Shown here piece after piece: positions 1 to 13,569 of a DNA stretch of 64,000 nt (position 1 is its first letter; each line of letters begins with the position of its first letter). The notes under the pieces were generated by a model. That model made no database searches. It was not told the origin of the DNA and saw only the letters and a list, made by a program, of their open reading frames with translations. The stretch is from positions 73,904,001 through 73,968,000 of the forward strand of contig CM059430.1 in NCBI GenBank assembly GCA_030390025.1, given 5' to 3'. This DNA comes from Squalus acanthias. Its lineage: Eukaryota. The translations under genes were made by a program, and so were the position numbers.

Positions 1-1748
1 GGGCTCAGTGTTTCTAAGCAACATGAAAGGGTGAATATGGTGGTCGAGTATATTCATTTCAATTTAAGATTGCGCACCCAGAATTGGGGGAAACGTTGAA
101 TTACATTTTACGTTAAAGACAATTTTTACTAAAGCTCAGCTGTGCGACTGTGAAAAGCAGAAGTGTGAGTTTTATAAAAGGTAAGCTTCTGCCTTGCATT
201 TACAGTTACATAGGATTACCTAGGATATACAGCACCGAAACAGGCCATTCGTCCCAACCTATCCATGCTGGTGTTTCTGCTCCAATCGAGCTATTCGCTT
301 CAACCACTCCCTGTAGAAATGACTTCCAAATTCTCAACACTCTCTGTGTAAAGATTTTTCTTCTGAATTTCCTACTTGATTTCTTGCTGACTATCGTATA
401 TTGATGGCGTATATATTTTTGCGCTTCCCTACAAGTGCAAACACTCTCTCTGTCTCTACTCTATCAAAAACTTTCATGATATTAAGGAGCTCTATTAGGT
501 CAACACAAAAGAGATCCCGCCTGTTCATCCTTGTAAATCTTCTTTGCAACCTCTCCAGTGCCTCTATATTATTTTTATTATATGGCGACCAGAATTGTAC
601 GCAGTATTCCAAGTATTATCTAGCCAAGGTTCGATACAAGCTTAGCATAACTTCGCTTCTTTTCAATTCTACGCCTCTATCAATAATACCTAGTTTTTGA
701 TTTGCTTCTTTGTGGCCTTGTTACTTTTAGTGATTTGTGTATTTGAACTCCGAGATCCATTTTCTCCTCTATCCCATTTAAATTCTTATTTTACAAGTAA
801 TATCTTACCTCCCACTTTTTCTCCCCAAAATGCAATAACTCACATTTAGCTGTGTTGCATTTAATTTACCAATTATATGCCTATTCTGCAGGATTATTAA
901 TGTATTCTTGTAATTTGTTGACTTACTCCTCAGTATTTACTATCTCCCCCAATTTGGTGTCATCCGCAAATTTAGAGATTATGTTTTGATTCCAAAATCG
1001 AAATCGTTAATATAAGTTGTGAAAAACAGTCGTCCCAGCAGTGATCCTTGTGGAACACCACTTCCTACCTTCTGCCACTCTCAATAGCAAACCTTTATCC
1101 CTACTCTTTGCTTTCTGTCTTGAAGCCAGATATCTCTCCATTCTGCTACTTGCCCCATGACTCCGCATTCCCTGACCTTATTCATTACTCTATTATATGG
1201 TAACTTATCGAAGGCCTTTTGAAAATCTAGATAAATTACATCTACTACATTAATCTTGTCTACTGTCTCTGTTACCTCTTCGAAAAATTCAATTAGATTG
1301 TTTAAGCAAGACTTTCCCTTTTGAAATCCAAGCTGATTATTTATTATTTTATTTTTTATTGCCGGATGTTCTTCTATTTTCTCCTTTAGCAGGGATTCCA
1401 TTATTTTTCCGAACACCGATATTAAGCTGACTGTTCTATAGATCTCTGAACATGTTCATCTCCCTTCTTACGTATAGGCATTATGTTAGCTATCCGCCAG
1501 TCCTCTGGCAGTACACATTTTTCTAATGAATTACTAAATATGTGCAGCAATGCCTCTGAATCTTTTAGAATGCCGGATGTAATCCGTGTGGACCAGGGGA
1601 TTCATCCTCTTTGAGTTGCATTAGTTTATTTAATATATCTCCTCGTTTTATTTTAAATGCAGTTATCTCATTACTAATTTCATCATCCAATATAATCTCT
1701 ACCTGTTCTATCTCCCTGGTAAATAGTGAAGTAAATGAATTATTTAAT

Positions 1749-2505
1749 GGGGCAGAAATTAGGGTCTCCACGGGTGATTACGCGCTGTGTGCTCACCCGC
1801 AGGGCCATGGGAAGTGCCGGTTTCACGCATGCACTGCGCATGCACGGGAAACCGGAATTTCCGGTCTCGTGAAAGAAGGGGTTCGAGGGTCAACCTCGTG
1901 CGCCAGAGAGGCAGCGCACACGCAGCGAATTTGTTTTTTTTTCAGGTTTCTCCGTGAGGGTAACTATGGAGAAGCTGCGCAGGAAAAAAAGGAGGTGCAA
2001 GGCCTGCTTTTAACAAGGTAAGTGGTGAATTAAATAAAATTTTAACATTTTTTCAACAGGTTTATCTTTTTTACATACTTTAAAGAAAGGTAAGTTTATT
2101 TTTAGCACCGTTAAAAAGTGTAATTAATTTTTTCAAAAATTTAAATTTTTGTTTAACTTAGTTAATGTATGTAATTTATAGTTATTTTAAAAATGTGATT
2201 TTTTTTTATTTACTTGAAGTGTTAGGTTTTGGGGCCGATCTCTATTCATAGATTTGACAGGTCTTCCTGTCAAAATCTATGAATGGAGATTCGCTGCTCC
2301 GATTGGCTCTCCATGGCCCACGTGATCCCAGGGGATGCTTCGAACTGACGGCGCCCCTCAGATATGCAAACACTGCATGCCGGCAGCTGCAGGAGGCCCA
2401 GGAGCCAAATTCCGCCCGTGCCCGAAGCACAATGGCTGTCGCGGAAGGTAAGTACGCACGTGATCCTTGCACCCGCAGGAAGCCAGAGAGCCGAATGTCT
2501 TGCCC
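1749..2505 (+). mobile_element. Non-autonomous DNA transposon (Harbinger-like MITE), copy A
   Basis: Termini GGGGCAGAAATT...GAATGTCTTGCCC; AAT on both sides (1746-1748, 2506-2508); removing it restores continuous CR1 sequence; homologous along its length to 45396-46111 in opposite orientation. Confidence 0.85.
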
Positions 2506-2714
2506 AATATCTCTGCCATCTCTCTATCGCTGCCTGTGGTTTTATGCCGTCCCTTAATTAGTGGCCCTGTTCTCATCCCGACCTTCCTTTTTTATTTAAG
2601 TGCCTGTAAAATATTTTACTATTTGATTTGATTTTCCTAGATAATTTAATTTCATAGTTGATTTTGGCTTCACGATCTTTTTTTTCTTCTCCCCTAATCT
2701 CTTCATATTCTGTT

Positions 2715-3270
2715 GACTATTCTAACGCACTCCTCGCTGGCCTCCCACCTTCTAACGTGAGGTCATCCAAAACTCGGAGGCTATTGTCCTAACTCGCACC
2801 AAGCCCCGTTCACCCATATCTGTGTCCTCGCTGACATACATTGGCTCCCGGTTAAGTTACGCCGTGATACACAATTCTCATCCTTATTTTCAAATGACTC
2901 CATAGCCTTACCCCTCCCTATTTCTGTTATCTGCTTCAGCCTCACGGCCCCCCGAAACATCTGTGCTCCTCAAATTCTGGACTCTTGAGCATCCATGATT
3001 ATAATTGTTCAAACATCGGTGGCCGTGCCTTCAGCTGCCTAGTCTGCTAAGTTCTGGAATTCCCTCCCTCAACCTCTCCACATCTGTACCTCTCTTTCCT
3101 CCATTACGACGTTCCTTAAAACCTACCTCTTTGACCAAGCTTCAGGTAATCTGCCCTAATTTCTTAGGTGGCTCGGTGTCAATTTTGTGCCTTATAACAC
3201 TCCTGTGAAGCACCTTATGACGTTTTACTGTGTTAAATGTGCTATAAAAATAAAAGTTCGTGTTGTTTTT
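2715..3270 (+). mobile_element. L2 LINE 3' fragment
   Basis: Encodes YSNALLAGLP..IQN..LTRT..LADIHWLPV-like L2 C-terminus and ends in an L2-type tail (cctgtgaagcacctt...gctataaaaataaaagtt..gttgtt). Confidence 0.8.
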
Positions 3271-5440
3271 GTTATTCTGGCTTACCAGGTTTTACCCTGC
3301 TGTCCAGGTACTTAATGTATGCTTCTTTCTTCATGCTCAATTTTTTTCCTCGTGGCTTTAATCATTCACTGTGTCCCAATAATGTTTAGATTGTTCTTGT
3401 TTTTTAGCAGAATTTAATTTTCCTGGACTCTGTTGAACACCACTTTAAATGTTTCCCATTGTCGTTGTACATCACTGTTTGTAAATGTCGTTGTCCATTT
3501 TAATTCCCGAAGATCTATTTTCAGCCCCTGTAAATCAGCTTTACTCCAATCTATTACCCCGGTCTTTGTCATGCTTATGTCTTTCTCAATTATTACTTAA
3601 AACGTATTATATTATGATCACTATTGCCAAGATATTCCCCTACTTTTACTTCTATAACTCCCATGGCCCATTCCCCATTATTAGATCCAATAGCCAATCG
3701 TCCCTAGTTGGGATTTCTACCTATTGGGTTAAAATGGAGTCATGTACACATTGGAGGGACTCCATTTCCTTAAGTCCTTCACCTACCTCTTTTGTCCAAT
3801 AAATATCTAGTTAGTTCAATTCCCCCATTATCATTATTTTATGTTTTTTACTCATTTCCCTAATTTGTTTGCATATTTCTTCCTCCATTAAACTTCCAAT
3901 ATTAGGTTATCTGTCGTCTAACACTATTAGTGTCATTGACCCTTCATTATCTTTTATCTCTGTCCACATGGATTCTATTTCTGTTTTAATGGAAGCTGCG
4001 TCACTTTTTTCTACTGCCATTATGTTATCGCGAATAGGTTCAGATACCACAACTCCCCTTTCCCCCTCTCTATCTTTTCTATCTATGTTGAACCCTTCAA
4101 TGTTTAATTCTCAGTCCTGATTTTTCTGTAGCCATGTCTGAGTAACTCCTACTATGTCTGGTTCCTCGCAACGCATGATTGCCTCCAGCTCCCGTTTTAT
4201 TATGTTCACTGTGTGCATTGTTGTACAGACAGATTAAGTCATTTTTCTAACATTTCCTCTCATTCTATTTGTAACCATCACTTTAAAGACCTGCATTATA
4301 AGTCTATTTATTCCTTTGCCATCAATGTCCTCCCTTAGTTTACTCTTTCCTGTGCTCTCCTTTCCTGTTTCGTTAATATTTAGGCTGGCTTCCTTTCTTG
4401 TAGATCCCTCCCCCATCTTACTAGTTTAATGCCTTTGCGAAATCCCTTTCCGCTAGGACACGGGTCCTATCCTGGTCCAGTTGGAGCCCGTCCCATCGCC
4501 ACAGATCCTTTCTGTCCCAGTACTGGTGCTAGTGTCCAATGAAAAATAACCCCTCTTTCCCAGACCAACCCTTTAGCCACGTGTTAATTCTCCTCATCTG
4601 AGTGTTTCTATGCCAATTTGCAGGTGGCTCGGTCAATAATCCAGATATTATTGCCCTCGAGGTCCTACGTTTTTATTTAGCGCCTAACTCCTGATGCTCC
4701 CTCCGCAGGCCCTTTTCTCTGTTCCTCCCTAATCGTTTGTTCTGACATGGAATACAACAACTGGATTTAACCCTACCTCCCAGCTTTCCAAATTGCTCTC
4801 CAGCCGCCACGAGATATCCCTTAACCTGGCACCGGGTACGCAACACACCCTTCGGAATTCTCGTTATTGGCTGCAGAGGATGCTATCTATCACCTTAATT
4901 ATAGAATCCCGTATCACTACCACATTTCTATTCTGCTCTTGCCCCCACTCCCTCTTGGAGAGTCTTCTGAGCCACGGTGCCTTGCTCAGCATTGTGGATG
5001 TCCTGCTTGCAGTCTTTATCCTTGTCCTCACAATTAGCTAATATATCGCACCTGTTGGACTGGACCAGTGTCTGCGGGACACCCTTCTCATCCTCTCCTA
5101 TCTCCCTGCTACATGGCGCCCTAATTTTTTATGGAGTCTGTTGGGAATTTGCAATTTTCAAAGCACTTCATATCCATAGGATTTTAGATAATAGGTGCTA
5201 TTGCTTCATGCAGTTTAAATTAAAGATGCATAGTCTCGAATAGAATCAAATCAAATGTTTACAAAGCTCTGTTATCTTAATTCGGTTACTGAAAGTCCGA
5301 GACCTGCAAATTTTATTGAATCCTCCCCTCCCCCTAGGGTTATGACATATAAGAAGTAATCAGTAATTTTAAATTGTTTTGAGAAAAAAAACACTAAATT
5401 AATATAAGATGGACTGAAGAAGGAGAAACGGAAAAACTTT

Positions 5441-6230
5441 GAGGCAGAATTTGCGGTCGGTGTGATGGTGTCCTCTCAGGGTACGCCGTCATACTGCCTT
5501 AGAAATTGACTGCAAATTGCATGCGCTAAATCCCGAAATTGCGATCTGTCAAGTTTCGACGTGACATGTCATCCACAGTGACGGTGAGATCATTATCGCT
5601 GGCACAGGGTTCGGCTAATTGCCAACCAAAAGCCCAGAAATTGCACAGGAACGTTTTACGTCTGGTGCAAACTGATGCAGGAGTCTGTTTGCAGAGCGTA
5701 ATTGGAGAGGGGATAGGCAGCAATTTGAAATATACGCACGTCAGGATAAAAAAATCTTCAAAATAAATATCTTTATCCACGTAACTATTTCCAGATCCCA
5801 ACACAACTCGCGGAGACAAAGAGGCAAAGGGTGAAAACATTCTGCCAAGAATGAGAGACTGATTACTAATTAATAAATCTGTGGGGATTTGGGGACTGAT
5901 TTATTCATTAATATATCTGGGGTGAGTGAGACACTTATTTATTTATTAATAGAACTGGGGGGAGTGAGACACAGGTTTATTTATTAATATAACTGGGGTG
6001 AGTCTGACTCAAAATTCATGAATGGGCACTGGAGATTTCTGTTTCCTGATTGGAGCACCGCCCCACTTGATTCCCAGGTGCATCCCGGGATCCGTGGTCC
6101 TCTAAGCTGTGCAGAACTCTGCAGTGAAACAACGCAAGTTTCGAAGGGGGTCGCTCACCAGCTCAGTGATATTTTGTTTTGAGGTCCGCATTGTACTCCT
6201 TAGCTACGACACCGGCCGCAATTCCTGGGT
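5441..6230. mobile_element. Harbinger-like MITE with internal minisatellite
   Basis: Imperfect TIRs GGCAGAATTTGCGGTCGG / CCGGCCGCAATTCCTGGG; shares GCATGCGC..TTGCGATCTGTCAAG motif with the element at ~7130-7300. Confidence 0.55.
5850..6010. repeat. Degenerate ~37-40 bp minisatellite, about 4 units
   Basis: Repeating gagacac(a)..tttatttattaata.aactggggtgagt unit. Confidence 0.7.
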
Positions 6231-8134
6231 TTACATGTTGATTTTCGATGTACAAGCTGCATCAGTTATTTTGTGTACAACGTAATTTTCTCTAATAAAA
6301 AGCCTGTGTGAATGTTTCGGAGCCCACAAGCTGTGGATACTTCAAATTGAACCACTTTTTGTAAGAATGTTGAAGGTTTTTTTTTAACTGTGAAAGCTAA
6401 CATTTTATTTTGTTATATTACAGCCACTTGGAAAGAAATAACAAAAATAAGATGCAATTGTCTGTGTGTTTTAGAAGCACATTCTATTTTAATTGTCTGA
6501 ATTGTGTTTTGCTGATAAAGTATTGGCTGAATTACATCGGAATTATCCAGGTTTAATAGAATATTGTGAAAATCCGACTTTCATTGTGGCAACAGGCAAA
6601 TTCCGATTGTTGTAAATTCTGTGGCGTTCTCTAATTCCGGTCAGAAGACTTCACATGTGAAATAGACAGTTTCGAATTTCTGAAATATTTAATGATATGA
6701 ACTGGAAAATATTGGGACATTTGAGATGCTCATTTTGGTTATACGGGAAACACCTTGGGATTTAAAAGCTTTAAAAAAATCTAAAGCTTCAAAAACAACT
6801 GCTGTCTAATTTAAAAAGTTAATAGAGATGTTGCTAAAGATTTCTGCAGTTGTAACGGTTTTCATTTCCGAAGGATAAAGAAAAGTTAGAGGATCATTGT
6901 GCAAGATTTAAAAGGAACAAAGACGTTGAAAAAAGTAAATTAGAATTTGGTTCTTTTTCTTTCGGCAAAGTTAGTTTTATAAAAATAAGTAACGTGACGC
7001 AATTGCGTCTGATGATATCTTATTAACATTGAAATATGGTAAATCTTTCCATTGAGAGATGTTTTATACTCACTGCGGGACTACATTTGTATTGCTGAAT
7101 ATAAATTTATATATTGCGCATTATAATATAACGGCCCTCAAATTTCAGTCTCAATGACGGCGTACTCCAGAGAATGCCACAGCAATTCATTTGAAGGCTC
7201 CGCAACTCCTGGGTTTCCGCATGGGCTTCCACATGTGCGAAATCCATAACTTGTGATCTGTCAAGCTACAGCTGGAAAAAGCGGCGCAGGACCTGCTTTC
7301 ATCAAATGTCCCAATAAGTCTTAAATGAAACATTTAAAAATCAAAAATGTTTGACCTACACTTTGAATTGGTTTAAGCAAATATGGGCCCGACAACATCC
7401 TGGCTGCTTGCTGAAGACTTGTATCTTCAGAAAGAGCTTCGCATCCAGCCAAGCTGTTCAAGAACAGCTGCAAAAACTGTCATTTACCCGACAACGTGGA
7501 AAGTTGTGCAAGTATGCCCTGTCCAGGAGAAGCTGGACAAAATTCAATTCATCCAATTACCACCCCATCAGCCTACTCTCAATCATCAGGAAAATGATGG
7601 AATTTTCGTCGACAGTGCTATGAAGTGGTAATTACTCCTCAAGAACTGGCTCACTGATGCTCAATTTGGGTTCTGTCAGGAACACTCCCATGCAGGCCGC
7701 ATTACTACTTTGGTCAAAAGAGTTGAATTCCAAAGTTGAGGTGACAGTGACTGCCCTTGACATCAACGCAACATTTGACTGTGCATGGCATCAAAGAGCC
7801 CTCGTTAAATTAAAATCAATGGAAATCAGGGGAAATAATCTACACTGGCTGGAGTCACACCTAGCACAAAGGAAGATGGTTGTGGTTGCTTTACGCCAAG
7901 CCTTTCTGCCCCAGGACAACGCTGCAGCTGATCCTTCGTCTCCGAGGGCCAACCATCCTCAGGTGCTTCATCAATGACCTTCCCTCCATCCCTATGTCAG
8001 AAGTGGGGATGTGCGCTGATGATTGCACAGTGTTCATTTCCATTTGCAAATCCTCAGAAAATGAAGCAGCGCATGCCCGCCTGCCGCAAGATCTGCACGA
8101 CATTCAGACTTGGGCTGATAAGTGGCAATTAACA

Positions 8135-11100
8135 TTGGTCGCACTAGGAAGGAAGCATTGCTGTACCTGGTTCTGGGGAATGAGGTGGACCAGTTCGACC
8201 AAGTGTCTGTGGGAGAACACTTGGGTATGACTGATCATTGTATCATAAGATTTAGATTAGCAATGGAGAGGAGCAAGGAACAATCTAGAGCAGAACTTCT
8301 AAACTGGAATAGGGCTAAATTCAATGGGAATCAAAATTACCTAGAGCGGGTAAAATGGAACCAAAGGCTGACACGAAAAACTGTAACGGAACAATGGGTG
8401 AACTTTAAGGAGGAGATGTTGCAAGTACAGGCTAGGTACATTCCAACAAGATGGAAGGGTACGGGAATCAAAGCAAGGGCTCCTTGGATGACGAGGGAGA
8501 TAGATAAGATGATGAAACAAAGAAAAAGGAGTATGATGCATGTCAGGTGAATTCTTCATTGGAGAACTAGACCAAATACAGTAAGTTGAGAGGGGATGTG
8601 AAGATGAAAATAAGATTGTAAGGGGTATTTTAAGTGAGCGGTTCGAATCGACCAACACCCCTCCGGTTCCTAGACTTTGGGCTTATTTAGGGGTTGTGAA
8701 CAAAATTGCAGTAAACAGGTTCTGATGAAAGAAATTTACTTTATTAAAAGAAAAAAAGGTAACAAACTTGAAACACACTTATTACTTAAACACAGAATCG
8801 GGGAACATACGGTACAAGCGAGGGAAATGACAATATAGCAAACAAAACCTTATCCCTCCCAAATATCCCACTATCTGGCTAGGTTTTTGCATCCAGGAGA
8901 TCAGGGATAATGCTCACCAACGAATCCTTGACAGGATATTAGAGTATTTTTGTTTTAGGGACTCCGTAAGGCCCTTCGTGCTGCGAGGTGTCTGGTGGCC
9001 ACTGCGGCAGTCGCTCTGGTTTCTTCTTGCGTGCTGATCTTCTTCCTCGTGGCTTGTGGTAAGTTTTGCTGGAGCAGGGAGAGAGAGCTGTGTCCGTTCA
9101 CCAGTCAGTCCAAAGGGAGAGATTATGGCACAGGCTTTCAAATTATACAGTATCATTTTTCGCGCTCAAAAACCCTTACTAAAACGAATTCCTCCTTTGA
9201 ATGTTAATGACCCTTTGTCTCGTTTTTGGCAGGCTGGCCAGCTCCGATGGTTTTTGCTTAGTGTTAATCGCTTTCCGATTTAAACACCGCCTTATCTACG
9301 CGCCAAATCTTCACTTTATTATCGTTCTGCTTGGCGGGCTTTTAAATCGGTTCTATGTATACCTGATTGATTGGTTTTATGGATGGGATAATGGCTATGA
9401 AATTGTGTGACCGAAATGATATTGTCATTGAATCGTTTTTTGATTACCAGCATCTTGTTTGCCCCTGGGGATCCATATTTGAATGTGTTTGTGAGGTTTT
9501 TTTGGGGGTTTGTCGACAGTTTACTGCACTGCCTGGCCAAGCCCCTCTGCAGCCTGTGTGTCTGTGAAGGCGTCTTTCCACCATTAAGATTCGAAAAGTC
9601 AGTTTCCTCAGGTTTTCTTCTTGTGATCTTTAAGTTTTTACATTAAATCACTTCACTGAGGTCCCATCAACCCAAGTTTGTTTGAAAAGTCCAAAAATCA
9701 ACCCTTTAGTTCTCTGTTCGAGTTTCTGGGGAATTTATGCGAAACCTACAAGATTGGCAAAGAGAGAATAGGAGAGTAGAATGGCGGTTAACATAAAAGG
9801 GAACCCAAACATCTTCTATCGGCATGTAAACAGTAAACGGATAGTAAGAGGTGGGCTGTGGCCTATTAGAGACAAAGAAGGTGATATATGCTTAGAGGCA
9901 CAGGACAAGGCTAGAAAACTCAATGAGTACTTTGCATCGCAGTTTATTAATGACGTGGATGCTGACAAAATATCGGTAGAAGTAGTAAAGCTAGAAGCAA
10001 TGGAAGGGCTGCAAATTAATAGACAGGATGTACTACAAACTCTGTCTATGCTTAGATTGAAGGAGTTGCAAGGTCCAGATGGCTTGCCTTCCAGGTTGCT
10101 AAGGGAATTGGAGGTGGAGATAACGGAAGGGTTAGCCATAATTTTCCAATCTTGCCTGTGCATTTGTAAGTGGCAAAAGTGGCACCATTGTTCAAGAAAG
10201 GGTGTAAGCACAATCATAGTAACTACAGACCGGTCAGGTTAAAATCAGTAGTTGGTAAAGTGTTTAAAACAATAATCACGGAAAAGATTAATGGGCACTT
10301 GGAGAGTTTTAAACTTATTAAAGAGAGCCAATACGATTTGTAAAAATGCATATCCTGTTTGAGTAATCCAATTGAATGTTTTGATGAAGTAGCAGAGAGG
10401 ATTGATGAAGGGAATGCAATGGATGTTGTCTACATGGATTTTCTGAAGGCATTTGACGAAGTACCACACAGAAGGCTGGTTAACAAAATTGAGGCTCATG
10501 GACTAGGTGAGTCAGTGGCAGCTTGGTTAAAGAATTTACTTAAGGACGGAAAACAGCGTTTTGTGGAAAATGGCTGTTTTTCAGACTGGAGGTTGGTAGA
10601 CAGTGGTGTTTCACAAGGGTCAGTGCTGAGGCCAACGTTTTTTTTGATATATATATATATGACCTGGATATTGGAATACAGAATAGAATTTCTAAATTTG
10701 ACGATGACACCAAATTTGGGGGGGTGGCAAACAGTGATGATGATATCAATCGGCTGCAAACGACATAGAAACGCTAGCCGAATGGGCAGACAAGTGGCAG
10801 ATGGAATTTAATACAAAGAAGTGTGAGATGATGCATTTTGGCAGAAGGAACAGGGAGAGGCAATATACAATGAATGGCACAGTTTTACAGAGTGTGCAGG
10901 GACAGGGGGACAGAGGGATCTGGGAGTTAATGTGCATAGGTCCCTGAAGTTGGCAGGACATATTGAGAGAGTGTTTAACAAAGCATATGGAATCTTGGGC
11001 TTCATAAATAGAGGTATTGAGTACAAAATACAGATCATGTTGAACATGTATAAAGCGCTGGTTAGGCTGTAAATGAAGTATTGCGTCCAGTTCTGGTCAC

Positions 11101-11630
11101 CACACATTAGGAAGGATGTGAAGGACCTTGAAAAGGTGCAGATGAGATTTTCCAGAACGGTTCCGGGGATGGGGGATCTTAGCTACAAGGACAGGTTGGA
11201 GAAGCTGGATTTGTTTTCATTGGAGCAGAAGAGGTTGAGGGGTGATTTGCTAGAGGTGTACAAGACTTTCACGGTTTTGGATAGGTTCGACGGGGAAAGG
11301 CTGTTCCCACTATTTGATGGTAGAAGGAGTAGGGGACACAGGTTCAAGGTTTTGGGAAAGAGATGCAAGGGGGGGATGTGAGGAAAAACTTGCTTATGCA
11401 GCGAGTGGTGATGATCTGGAATTCGCTGCCGGCGCAATTGGTGGAAGCGGACACACTCAATGTATAAAAAGGAATATTGGAGAGGCTCTTGATGGAAATA
11501 AACTTGCAGGGCTACGGGGATAGAGCGGGGGAATGGGACTGACTTGATTGCTCTACAGAGAGCCGGCAATGACTATGTGGACCAATTGGCCTCCTTCTGT
11601 GCCGTTAGCACTCTATGACTCTATGCTATG
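8135..11630 (+). mobile_element. CR1 LINE (EN C-terminus to 3' end), interrupted by a solo LTR
   Basis: TRKEALLYLVLGNE..TDHCIIRF, DVVYMDFLKAFDEVPH, YCVQFWSPH..LEKVQ; (ctatga)-type tail at ~11610-11630. Confidence 0.9.
8617..9750 (-). mobile_element. Solo LTR (1134 bp) of an ERV or LTR retrotransposon
   Basis: TGTAAGG...CCTACA termini, 4-bp TSD AGAT (8613-8616, 9751-9754); excision restores CR1 aaaataagattggcaaagagagaa; AATAAA on the minus strand near 8740 gives orientation. Confidence 0.85.
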
Positions 11631-13569
11631 TCTGTGACAATTGCCAGGCAATGACTTTCTCCAACAAGAGAGAGTCATAGTACCGCATGTTGACATTCAA
11701 TTGCACGGAGAGTCACCAACTATCAACATCCTGGGGGTCAACATTGACGTGGAACATACCTAGGCCAGCCAACAAAATACTGTGGCTGCAAACGCTGTTC
11801 AAATACCGATTATTCTGCGGCGAGTCTCTCACATTCAGCCTCCTCTAAGCCGTTCCACCATTTACAAGGCACGAACCAGGGGTGTGGCAGAATACTCTCC
11901 ACGTGCCTGGATCAGTGCAACTCCAACAACACTCAAGAAGCTCGACACCATTCATGACAAAGCAGTCCGCATGATTGGCAACCCATACGCCACCTTAAAC
12001 ATTCACTCCTTCCACGACTAGCGCACCTTAGCTGCACTGTGCACCATCTACAGGATGCACTGTAGCAACTCGCCAAGGGTTCTTCGACAGCATCTCCCAA
12101 ACCCGCGATCTCTCACAACTAGAAGGTCAAGGGGAAAGGCGCACCTCCAAGTCCCGCTCCAAGTCATACACCATCCTGGCTTGAAATATGTTGGCAATAT
12201 TACATCGTCGCTGGGGGAAAAACCTGGAATTATCTCCCGAATAGCATTTTGGAAGTAGCTTCTCGACACGGACTGAAGAGGTTCATGAAGGCTGCTCGCC
12301 ATCACATTCTCAAGTACAGTCAGAGATGTGCAATTATTGACGGCCTTACCAGCGATGCAAACGTCCCATGAACGAATAATAAAATGTTTAGTATGAAGCA
12401 TATTAAACTTAGACTGGAGAAATGGCTTGAGAAATGTAAGTGATTCTAACAAGATTAGGACCTTAGATAATGCTGTGAGGGTCAGCAGGGGCCGTTGAAG
12501 ATGAAGACGGAGATGTAATAAAGGAAACCATGTTCTTGAATTCATTCTGTAGTTTAAACCCGTAAAATGATTGACTGACATCGATATGAAACAACGCAAT
12601 ACTGACATTAAAAAAGGGACATCTATCTTTGAGAATCAACCATTTTGGCAAACGGTCTAGAATGTGGCTCAGCATCCTTGTTCCCGTATCATGTCTATAT
12701 GTGTTTTGAGATTACCCAAGCTACGATAAAATGTGTCTTAAAAATCATTATGGTGTGCTGCATGAGAGGTATGCTTAAAAATCTTGGTCGACGTGCTATT
12801 AGCTTTGAGTTAGCGCCCATTTTCAGAAGGATAAGATATACAGCAAACTAAGTCCTCATTATCCTGTCGTTGCAAAACAAAGAAGGGACATTGACCTCTG
12901 AAAGATGCTATCTTGTTATTCACTCGAAAGCTGCGGTCATGTGTACTAAAGCGCTCTTTATATTTGTCAATTTTTTATTCATTTAAATAATTTTTAGTAT
13001 TAGGTTTTCACAAAAGCATTTCCTTGCTATGGTTGGTTGAATTACAGTTACATTGAATCCTTTATTTGAAAATAGTAAAGTGAATGATGCTTAGGCTGGG
13101 ATGTATTTACACTTAGAATTTCGTCAGTTCAAGGTCTACGGCATGAGCCTTTAACCGCAAAAACAAACAAAGCTTGTACTTGTGCTAAAAATATAAATAA
13201 GTTAATCTGGTTAAGGACAGGTAAGTACCGAGTGCCGACCCTCTGATTGGATAAAATGAGGAGAGAATTGGAGAAAACATGATTGGATTAATTTTTCCAC
13301 CGTTTTGATTTTTGGGTTTTCACCACGGAAAATTAAGCGCTTCTAAGTCTGGAGGGACCGAGGACGGATAGCAGAGGGTGCTTGGAACTAATTTGCATCT
13401 TCCACCAAGGGACAACGGGGTAATATAATTTTCAACGATGCCTAGTAAGTTGTTGTTTAAATAATGTAATATATTGATCCTTGACTGCACATAAATAAAA
13501 GTCAAAATCTTTACCAATATGGTGTCAGCTTCGAATAATTGAACAGACTTTTCTGAGGGGCGATTGATG

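Larger units (their letters stand above)
205..4990 (-). mobile_element. Degenerate CR1 LINE (ORF1 esterase region to 3' end), interrupted by a MITE and an L2 fragment
   Basis: ORF fragments GFQKGKSCLNNLIEFFEEVT..DVIYLDFQKAFDK (1081-1416), EYCVQFWSPY..LERLQRRFTRM (391-612), SPGPHGLHP (1565-1771); many stops and frameshifts. Confidence 0.9.
7385..12380 (+). mobile_element. Zenon-like CR1-group LINE (RT to 3' end), split by a CR1 insertion; pieces ~7385-8134 and ~11635-12380
   Basis: NYHPISLLSII, VTALDINATFDCAWHQ, CFINDLPS..MCADDCT, LKKLDTIHDKAVRMIG; tail tcccatgaacgaataataaaa; the two pieces are collinear. Confidence 0.85.

Noticed and set aside
2242-2576. Similar ORFs in the two MITE copies (also 45337-45683) as a conserved small protein
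   Set aside because: Similarity follows from DNA homology; frames are not maintained between copies
5850-6010. Short direct repeats as a CRISPR-like array (also 26671-26831)
   Set aside because: Units are contiguous without unique spacers, there are no cas genes, and the context is eukaryotic
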